Of a stretch of 64,000 nucleotides of DNA, positions 52,259 to 59,461 are shown in pieces; positions within the stretch are counted from its first letter, which is position 1, and each line of letters opens with the position of its first letter. Position numbers and translations under genes: made by a program. The notes under the pieces are model-generated. The model saw only the letters and a list, made by a program, of their open reading frames with translations, ran no database searches and was not told the origin of the DNA. Origin of the DNA: an uncultured Actinomycetota bacterium (lineage in GTDB: Bacteria > Actinomycetota > Actinomycetes > JAFAQI01); NCBI GenBank assembly GCA_963770565.1, contig CAVYQE010000011.1, forward strand, positions 736,001 to 800,000, written 5' to 3'.

Positions 52259-52390
52259 AGATGTCGTAATTGAGGCTGGATCAACGAGTCATAGCGGCCT
52301 GACCTGCGGGTTTGCTCAGCAAATGATCTTGGGTTGCTCGTCGGTTGCTCTAGGAAAACAGAGTGACCGGTATCGACCCGCAAGAACCAG
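52259..52390 (+). repeat. Att-like dispersed repeat, copy A
   Basis: AGATGTCGTAAT..TCAACG..CCTGACCTGCGGGTTTGCTCAGCAAATGATCTTGGGTTGCTCGTCGGTTGCTCTAGGAAAAC, nearly identical to copy D over this span. Confidence 0.85.
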
Positions 52391-52415
52391 CGGGACTGTG
52401 GGCCCGAGTGCGTTT

Positions 52416-54860
52416 CTAGCCTGCTCGAACTGGGGGCGGAAATCCGAGACCGGCATACGCCGTGATCCGCTTGCTGTGCGCGCGTACCAGGACGGGCACG
52501 TCGACGTCGACGTAGTCGTGTACTTCGACGTTGGTCTTCCCGGGTGAGGGTCGCAGGGTGCGGCCGACGTACTGGACGACTCGCCCCTTGAACACGATGG
52601 GGAACGCAAGGAAAAGAGTGTCGAGCGCGGGGCAGTCGAATCCTTCACCGAGGAACGAGCCTGTTGCTATGACCAGCAGGGGATGGTCGGGGTTGTCCAC
52701 CGTTAGTCGGGCGACGGCCTCGCGTCGAGCTTTGGCGCTCAGTCCTCCTCGGAGGATCACCGGATCGCGATCAAGGTCGCGTAGTGCGGTTTCGAGGTTG
52801 TCGATGTGCTCTGTCCATTGCGTGAGTACTAGGCAGTGCCGGCCTCGCCCGAGTGCGCTCGAGACGTCGGCTGCGATCTTCCGTGTTCGTGCCTGATCGG
52901 TTACAAGGGTGCGATAGACCTCGGTGATTGCGCCGGGCGCTGATAGATCCGTGACTTCGCATTGGAGGTCGGTCGGGTGAACGATCACGTCGCGATGCAG
53001 GGTGACCTCGCGAGCGGCGTCCATTTCGGTCTGCTTGATGTGGTGCCGGACCGGGCCACACTGCATGGTGATGAGTTCATCGAGTTTGTCGCGCCGGTAA
53101 GGGGTTGCTGTGAGCCCTAGCCATCGGCGTACTGGTAGTTGCCGGAGGGCTCGTTCGAACGCCATTGCCGGAACGTGATGACACTCGTCGACCACGATGA
53201 GGCCGTAGCCGGTCAGTGTGTCGGCGAGATCGTCGCGGCGAGCGAGGGTCTGCAAGCTCGCGAGATCGATGAGTCCGGACAAACGAGTCCGCCCGGCTCC
53301 GAGCTGTCCGGGCTTCGTGCCAAGGAGTGCCTGGATCTGAGATCGCCATTGGTCCAACAGCGGCTTTCGATCACAGACGATCAGGGTGGGGACCTTGTGT
53401 GTTGCGATTAATGAACATGCGATCACGGTCTTGCCTGCGCCCGGTGGAGCCACGAGGAGGCCTTGCTCGTGGGCCGCCAGCGACTCATGTGCTGCTTGTT
53501 GTGATGGCGTCAGCTGAGCCGCGAAGGTGATCTCGATCTTGCCGGTAAGGGGCCGGTCGTCGCTGATTTCGAGCTTGCTGCCGGCGTCGGTCACGAGCAT
53601 CTGGATTGTCTCGAGCAACCCGCGCGGCAGGTAGAGCCAGTCGAGATCCTCGGTGTAGGCACGGATGAACCGAGGCACGCCCCAGGTCGACATGCGTCGT
53701 CGTTCGCGGTCATAGAACTCGGCGTTGTGAAGTGATGCGGAGTGTTTGATCGCGGCGAGCAGCGCAGGTGGCAAGCCGGCGCGCTCGATGGCAATTCCGG
53801 CCCCGAGCCGTGCACGGATCAGCGCAGGAGCAGGAGGGTTGGTCCGGGTGGATGCGGCTCGCCAGAGTTGCTGGGCACCCGGTCCGACGCGAAGGGGACG
53901 CATCGCCGTGGCGAGGTATTCCGCGCGCCGAGGGGTGAGCCGGTCGAGGCTCGACAGGTATGCCCACTGATCCTCGACCGGTTCGAGCGTCGCTAGCTCG
54001 ATGAACACGGTTGTGCCGCGCTTTCGGCACTCTCCTTGCAGGGGCAGCGCGATCAGGTTGCCGATCGACCCGGACGCAGGCAAGAAGTCCTGTGACGGGA
54101 AGAGGCGGTCGTAGCTGGCCAGATCGAGCTCGCCACGAAGGGCCATGGCTTCGCGGAGCAGACCAGCACCGATCCGGCGGGCAGTTGTGGCCGGTACGGT
54201 CCCGGAGAAGAAAATCCAGACGTGCGCTCCCGTGCCCGAACGGGACACTTCGAGCGAGGCTGGAATGTCGACCGCGCGTGCCGCCTTCAAGTAGCTCAGT
54301 GCGTCAAGGAGCGCGGCTTGCCCGTCAAAGTCTGCGACAACCAGTCGGCAGACGTCGCCAGGCATCAGCGGGTACAGACCGGCGTGCGTGTCGCCGGTCA
54401 GGTGCGAGGAGAGGACATCGTCGGTGAACGGCAGGTAGTTGCGCGGTCCGTGCTTCCGCCAGCCACCTTCAACTGCGGGAACCCATCCCGCCTTGCCGGT
54501 ACGTGCATTCTCCCAGCGCAGCGCGTGGACGTCGTCTCGTCCGGCGAACAGAGTGCGGTACAGAGCGAGCTTGCGCTGCACGGGCGAGTGCACATCGACC
54601 CGCCCCTGGATCCCGACGAAAAGAGCGTCCTGGGAGGGCTCGTCCGGCACGACGGATCGGCCGGTGACTCCGAGCAAGTGGTGGAGCCTTGAGTTCTCAG
54701 CCTTGACCGACTCCAACTCGGCGCGAAGTCTGGCAACCTCCTCAGCCGCGGTACGGAATGGGTGCGATCTATCCATGCGCCCGCCTAGTCCTCCGCCGTC
54801 GTCAGTCCGCGGGTGAGCGCGACGAGGATGTCGCGACGGCGGTCGAGGTCTCGAGGCCAT
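52416..54860 (-). CDS. SF2 (DEAD/DEAH, res-like) helicase with N-terminal AEP primase-like (TOTE-type) domain
   Basis: GLYP..DVC..VADFD, EVSRSGTGAHVWIFF, SYDRLFPSQD and GNLIALPLQG; then APPGAGKT, DECHH, LTATP, GEGFD and QYVGR. Confidence 0.9.
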   Translation of the reverse strand: MASRPRPPSRHPRRAHPRTDDGGGLGGRMDRSHPFRTAAEEVARLRAELESVKAENSRLHHLLGVTGRSVVPDEPSQDALFVGIQGRVDVHSPVQRKLALYRTLFAGRDDVHALRWENARTGKAGWVPAVEGGWRKHGPRNYLPFTDDVLSSHLTGDTHAGLYPLMPGDVCRLVVADFDGQAALLDALSYLKAARAVDIPASLEVSRSGTGAHVWIFFSGTVPATTARRIGAGLLREAMALRGELDLASYDRLFPSQDFLPASGSIGNLIALPLQGECRKRGTTVFIELATLEPVEDQWAYLSSLDRLTPRRAEYLATAMRPLRVGPGAQQLWRAASTRTNPPAPALIRARLGAGIAIERAGLPPALLAAIKHSASLHNAEFYDRERRRMSTWGVPRFIRAYTEDLDWLYLPRGLLETIQMLVTDAGSKLEISDDRPLTGKIEITFAAQLTPSQQAAHESLAAHEQGLLVAPPGAGKTVIACSLIATHKVPTLIVCDRKPLLDQWRSQIQALLGTKPGQLGAGRTRLSGLIDLASLQTLARRDDLADTLTGYGLIVVDECHHVPAMAFERALRQLPVRRWLGLTATPYRRDKLDELITMQCGPVRHHIKQTEMDAAREVTLHRDVIVHPTDLQCEVTDLSAPGAITEVYRTLVTDQARTRKIAADVSSALGRGRHCLVLTQWTEHIDNLETALRDLDRDPVILRGGLSAKARREAVARLTVDNPDHPLLVIATGSFLGEGFDCPALDTLFLAFPIVFKGRVVQYVGRTLRPSPGKTNVEVHDYVDVDVPVLVRAHSKRITAYAGLGFPPPVRAG

Positions 54861-55624
54861 GCAGGCCCACCGCGAAGTGTGAGTTCGCGAACGAGGAGCT
54901 CATGATCGCCCGGCCAACGTGCGAGCAACTCGGCCACACGCTCACGGCCGATTGTTGCGGCAACGTGGCGACCGAGCAGATGCACCGCAGACAGCGGCAA
55001 GTCTGATCCCTCAGCCACCAGGATCGCGTTGCCCACGGCGGTCTCGTACAGACGATCGGTGACTTCGGCTGACTCGATGTACCAGTGCAGAGCTAGCGCG
55101 AGGTCAGCGGCGTCTTTCGTTTCTCGTCAGGCGGAGCGGTCGAGCCACGCGCCAAGCTTCGCAGCCGCAAAACCGGCGGGGGTGGGAACGCGAATCGTGA
55201 TCGTGGGGGATAGCGGCAACGGGAGTGACGCGGTGAAGATCTCGTCGAACGCCCAGACGCTCATTGCTTCGTGTCGGGACGGTGGCTCAACGAAACCCTG
55301 TGGATCCTCGATCGCACCGAACGGAAGAAGGTCGACCGCGATGTCGACGATGCGGAAGCGGATGCCTGTGTTCGCGACGCTTGGAAAGGAGGCGGCGATA
55401 GATCGAAAGGCATCCCAAGATGACAGCGCGAGCGCGACGTCGAGGTCTTGGGTGGCGGTGGTAGCGAACGTGTGACCCAGGGCGGTGTGGAGGACGTCGC
55501 GGCACGTTGCTCCCACGAGCATGACGTCGTCTGGCACAAGGTCGCCAGCTTTGGCGAGGATGGCGCCGACGACCCGTGTGACCGGGTCGAGGACGTCGTC
55601 AGGAGTCTTGGTGAGGTCCAGCAA
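54785..55624 (-). pseudogene. AbiEii-like nucleotidyltransferase interrupted by an in-frame TGA (55127-55129)
   Basis: LVGATCRD, TQDLD, DLLPFG and AAKLGAWLDRSA*RETKDAADL; the same frame continues to 54785. Confidence 0.8.
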
Positions 55625-56585
55625 ATCGAGCCTTCCAGTCCGCGGCGACGCTGCGCACCCGAGGATCGTCGCTTGTCAGCAGATCTGCGTAAACCAGCGG
55701 CCATGGTGCGGGGCGCCAGCCGGTCAGTGGTGCGTCGCTGTTGTCCGGTGCTTTCCAGAATTTCCGGCGGAGGAAGATGTTCGCGGGTCCGTCGGTGCGC
55801 CACTTGTTTACCACCGGCAGGCGCGGGTCGAGGGCATCGCCGTAGAGGGTGAGCGTTGCAGGACGGAGCAGGTCGGTCACGGCGCTCTCGCCAGAGAGGA
55901 ACATCGGGTCGTCGGGGTTGACCTTCCGGGGATTCTCAATGTCCCCGCGCCATGCCGCTAGTGCGATCCGTTTCGCTAGGCCGGTGGCGAATGCGGCCGC
56001 CCATAGGTCGAGAAGGCCGGGCTGGCCGAGTCGCTTGTGCTCTCCTGTATATCCGGCCTCTGCCAACAGACTCAGTGTGTTGTGTGCCTGGCCCACCGAC
56101 ACTTGTGCGGCGTGGGCGAGGTCACGCCGCGGCGCGTGCCACAACTGCGGCCAGGCGAGTAACGCGAAGGCGACTTGTGCGCGCCCAGCGCTGAACAGGT
56201 TGCCGGTCGCCTGCCGCGGCGCCTGGTCGCCGCGGTCAGGGCGCGGCCGACCGCGGACGTCGACGAGCACGTCGCCGAACCTGATCCAGGCGTTGCCGGC
56301 GGTGTCTAGATACTGCACATCGGCTCGCCGAAACGCATCCGCCGTCCTGGCTGAAATGAAGGTTGTGAATACAAGTACCGGCACGAACGGCGTGACAGCG
56401 CGGCTGACATCGGCGAACCGCAGCGCAGGACCGACTAATAGCTCGTAGTCCTGCGCCGAGCCTCCGCGGCTGAGACGGATCATCGCCCGATGCATGCCCG
56501 GCTCGACCGCCGAAGCCGGCCCGACTTCGCCGGCCATCTCGTAGCCATCGAGGTATCGCCGGAGTCGCTCGATCGTCCCGTCCAT
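55599..56585 (-). CDS. Type IV TA AbiEi-like antitoxin/transcriptional regulator
   Basis: YLDTAGNAWI, an HTH region, LLDLWA, SGESA and PWPLVYADLL..DPR; overlaps the nucleotidyltransferase start. Confidence 0.82.
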   Translation of the reverse strand: MDGTIERLRRYLDGYEMAGEVGPASAVEPGMHRAMIRLSRGGSAQDYELLVGPALRFADVSRAVTPFVPVLVFTTFISARTADAFRRADVQYLDTAGNAWIRFGDVLVDVRGRPRPDRGDQAPRQATGNLFSAGRAQVAFALLAWPQLWHAPRRDLAHAAQVSVGQAHNTLSLLAEAGYTGEHKRLGQPGLLDLWAAAFATGLAKRIALAAWRGDIENPRKVNPDDPMFLSGESAVTDLLRPATLTLYGDALDPRLPVVNKWRTDGPANIFLRRKFWKAPDNSDAPLTGWRPAPWPLVYADLLTSDDPRVRSVAADWKARFAGPHQDS

Positions 56586-56595
56586 CGCTGCCTCC

Positions 56596-56649
56596 GTTCA
56601 CTTGAGAACGATGTTCATAATAACTGAACAACATCGAAAAGTGAACATC
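56596..56649. promoter_or_regulatory. AT-rich inverted-repeat operator upstream of the AbiEi-like gene
   Basis: GATGTTCA (56610-17) and TGAACATC (56642-49), plus further GTTCA/TGAAC half-sites. Confidence 0.55.
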
Positions 56650-56678
56650 AAAGTGCGGTCGAACTCACGTCCGGCTTC

Positions 56679-56787
56679 GGTTGCTCTCTGGTTGCTCTCG
56701 GAAAACAGAACGCCCGGCACCGACCGGCAACTATCAGAAGTTTCGAGCGGGTCCGGCGGGTGGAATCGACATCGCGGGGAGCGGTGT
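56679..56787 (+). repeat. Att-like dispersed repeat, copy B (right part only)
   Basis: GGTTGCTCTCTGGTTGCTCTCGGAAAACAGAACG..ACCGACCGGCAAC..CAGAAGT.TCGAGC.GGTCC..GGGGAG.GGT matches copy D; abuts the vapC stop. Confidence 0.85.
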
Positions 56788-57209
56788 TAACCCTCGACCC
56801 ACGCGTCGACGACGGTGACGCCAAAGGGCTCGAAGTGTCGGACGTTGCGGGTCGCGAGTGTGGCACGTCGCGCGAGTGCGATCCCGGCGATTTGGCAGTC
56901 GCGGATTTCGACTGGCCGACCTCGCCGCTGGGCTGCTGCAACGGCGACGCCGGCCGCGTTCGCTGCGACTGTGTCGAACGCGAGCACGCGCCCGTCTAGG
57001 TCGTCCCGGAGAAGTTGCTCGAACGCGTTCTCTAGTTGTGTGCGGCGTCGGCTGGCGCGCAGCAGCTCGAGTCCGGTCCGGACCTCGAGCACAGTGATGG
57101 CGGTGGTCCAGATCGACTCGGCCGGCTGCTCGTCGAGCCAGGTGATGACGGCAGGATCGGGACGGTCGCGCATTAGAGCCGACAGGACGTTCGTGTCGAG
57201 GATGATCAC
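56787..57209 (-). CDS. vapC: VapC/FitB PIN-domain toxin
   Basis: MIILDTNVLS, E...G, DCQIAGIA and LATRNVRHF. Confidence 0.93.
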   Translation of the reverse strand: MIILDTNVLSALMRDRPDPAVITWLDEQPAESIWTTAITVLEVRTGLELLRASRRRTQLENAFEQLLRDDLDGRVLAFDTVAANAAGVAVAAAQRRGRPVEIRDCQIAGIALARRATLATRNVRHFEPFGVTVVDAWVEG

Positions 57210-57454
57210 CTGTCGAACTGGGCGGGTTGCACCGTCTGGCCGCGCAGCTCGGTGATGTCGTCGCGCAGTCCCTGTCCGCGGAAGCGGCCCGAGATTGCCG
57301 ACCCAAGCTTGACCGGAGCGGGCTGCCCTGTGTGGACCGCGGCGCGGAGGATCTCGCGGACCTCTTCCTCGGTCGAGCGGTCATGAGCCTTTGCGCGGCG
57401 TTGCAACGCGAGTTTCACGTCGTCGTCGAGTTGCCTAACGATCAACTGAGCCAT
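57206..57454 (-). CDS. vapB: FitA-like ribbon-helix-helix antitoxin
   Basis: MAQLIVRQLDDDVK..L..RA..H.RSTEEEVREIL; GTGA overlap with vapC. Confidence 0.88.
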   Translation of the reverse strand: MAQLIVRQLDDDVKLALQRRAKAHDRSTEEEVREILRAAVHTGQPAPVKLGSAISGRFRGQGLRDDITELRGQTVQPAQFDR

Positions 57455-57509
57455 GACGCGATGATAGCGCGATATCAATCCGAGGTCATCCGCGAGTCGG
57501 GGGTTGATG

Positions 57510-57997
57510 CTAGAGGGGAGCGGCTTCTTTGAGGAACGCCAACTGGTCGGCGATGACTTCGGTGAAGTGAGGTTCGACGTAGGGGTCGAAGTGTTGCGAT
57601 GACTGCGGTCAGGTTCAAGTCCTGAGCCGCGGTCGTTAGCACGTGACCGCCGCCCAACGAGGTGCCCCACAACACCACCCGCGCAGGCGCGCCGGTCGTC
57701 AAGAACCGCGCATAGGCAATGGGCAGCGCGCCAATCAATCAGCTGTCGATCGATGTCGAGTAGCTGTCGTGGCTCGCCCGGGCTGTCTCCGAAGTGACGG
57801 TAGTCGAACAGCAGTACCCGGTAGCCGGCAACGGCGAACCGCTCCGCATAGGAGTCCAGCCGCAACCCCCGGACTCCGGCGAACCCGTGCGCCATGACAA
57901 CGATCGGTGTGCTCGCGTCGGACGGCTCGTAGTACCAAGCGGCACAACTCTCGTTGCCGCTGGCAAACGTGACGTCGCGACGCGTGAAGCTTGTCAT
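57510..57997 (-). pseudogene. Alpha/beta hydrolase with a frameshift and a large internal deletion
   Basis: MAHGF..FDYRHFGDSPGEPR; frameshift near 57725; WGTSLGGGH; then a jump to the C-terminal HFDPYVEPHF..IADQLAFL* in a third frame. Confidence 0.8.
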
Positions 57998-58239
57998 CGG
58001 CCGATCTCGTCGTTGTTGGCGGTGAAACGTGGCTCGTCGGCCAACCGCGTCGTCTACCCAGGGAACAATACGGCCGCGTGGGATTGGACCGCGTGCGTCC
58101 GCATGGACGCCGCGCTCGCCGAGCCGCCGCGGAACTGCAACGAACCCACCAGAAATGGTCGGACGCTGAGGGAGGGGTTCCCAATCGCCAGACCGATCCG
58201 ATCGGCTGGAGATCGCCAACCAGTTCGCGCTCTACCGCC

Positions 58240-58355
58240 CCGAACCGCGGGTTTGTTCAGCTGATGATCTTTGGTTGCTCGCTGGTTGCTCCGGGATAGC
58301 AAATCGACCGGTATCGAGCGGTGATCACCAGAGGTGCCAGCAGGTCAGGGCCGGT
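58240..58355 (+). repeat. Att-like dispersed repeat, copy C
   Basis: GCGGGTTTGTTCAGCTGATGATCTTTGGTTGCTCGCTGGTTGCTCCGGGA..GACCGGTATCGA..AGCAGGTC. Confidence 0.8.
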
Positions 58356-58452
58356 GTACTCGATCCCACGAAGAGACCGGTTGCTGGACCAGGTGCGTCG
58401 AGTCGGCCAAAGGGATCGGGCCGCGCGGTCCGGCGGCAGCGTCGCTCGGCCG

Positions 58453-59364
58453 TCAGTTGATCACGAACCACGCGAACGCCATGTGGTGTGGCGCGTGCTT
58501 GCTGAGGTGGAGCTTGAACTTGCCGTTCGCCGGAACCGCGGCCTCGACGTAGACACCCGGCGCCGCCGACTGGAGTGTGGCGAGCACGAGGCTTGAGGCG
58601 GTCATGCCGGAGACCGTAACGGTCTTGCTCGAGTGCCCGGACGAGATGCTTGCGGATCCAGAACGCGAGAAGTGCACCTTCCCGTGAACAGACAGCGCGT
58701 TTCCGGTCGAGGAGGATGCGACGACGCCGTCCCCGGAGTGGCTCGTGCCGGCCACCCCGTTGCCCGAGGTGCTCGTCCCCTCAACGCCGGTCGACGTCGG
58801 GCTGGTGCCGACGACGCCGGCACTCGTGTTGCTCAGGCCGTACAGGCCGATGCCGGAGCCGCTGGTGCCCTTGACCGCAGTTCCACTGGTCGAGTTGCCC
58901 GAGACCCCGGTACCGGAGCCGCTGCTGCCGAAGATGCCGTTGGCGGACCCCGTTCCGGCGCCGTTGATCGCCAGACCGGTGGTGGAGGTCGTGCTGCTGC
59001 CTGCGACGTACAGGCCGGCACCTCCGGCGGGCCCGTTGACGACAAGCGTCGTGCCCGTCGCGCCAAGGCTCCCACCGTCCAGCTGCATGACCGGGCTGGC
59101 GGTGCCGCTGAGTTCGGTGGTACTCGAGGCCGAATTGTTGGTGCCGAGGACGAAGTTGCCGCCCGTCGCGGCTTCCGCGCGCCGCTCATCGAGAGCGGTC
59201 AGTGCCACTACTCCCCCCACTGTCGCCAGACCGGTTCGCCAGAGCACACCGCGCCTACTGACCACGGTTGCGGCCTGCACGTCGCGCAGTCGCTCCGATG
59301 CGGCACCATCGCCGAGGCGAGGTGCATCGCCAGTTCCCGTACTGTCCTCACGACGTGTCGACAT
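58453..59364 (-). CDS. Tat-exported Gly/Ser/Thr-rich repeat (beta-solenoid-like) protein
   Basis: SRRGVL twin-Arg motif and AEA cleavage site; about 9 decapeptide repeats GVxGxSxxGx; compact beta C-terminal domain. Confidence 0.8.
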   Translation of the reverse strand: MSTRREDSTGTGDAPRLGDGAASERLRDVQAATVVSRRGVLWRTGLATVGGVVALTALDERRAEAATGGNFVLGTNNSASSTTELSGTASPVMQLDGGSLGATGTTLVVNGPAGGAGLYVAGSSTTSTTGLAINGAGTGSANGIFGSSGSGTGVSGNSTSGTAVKGTSGSGIGLYGLSNTSAGVVGTSPTSTGVEGTSTSGNGVAGTSHSGDGVVASSSTGNALSVHGKVHFSRSGSASISSGHSSKTVTVSGMTASSLVLATLQSAAPGVYVEAAVPANGKFKLHLSKHAPHHMAFAWFVIN

Positions 59365-59461
59365 GCTGCCCCCAGAGACGTGGCTGCTCAGACCGCGACC
59401 CTATGGCCAGGAGAATGCCGCGGCAAGGTTTGACGGGATCTCGACCGATGCGTCTGCGCTG

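Noticed and set aside
55127-55129. TGA as selenocysteine or programmed read-through
   Set aside because: It is not a Cys-type catalytic position and there is no evident SECIS hairpin; a nonsense mutation is simpler.
57206-58219. 337-aa ORF as a hydrolase-antitoxin fusion
   Set aside because: It is an artefact of the frameshift and deletion in the hydrolase remnant running into vapB, which has its own ATG at 57454.
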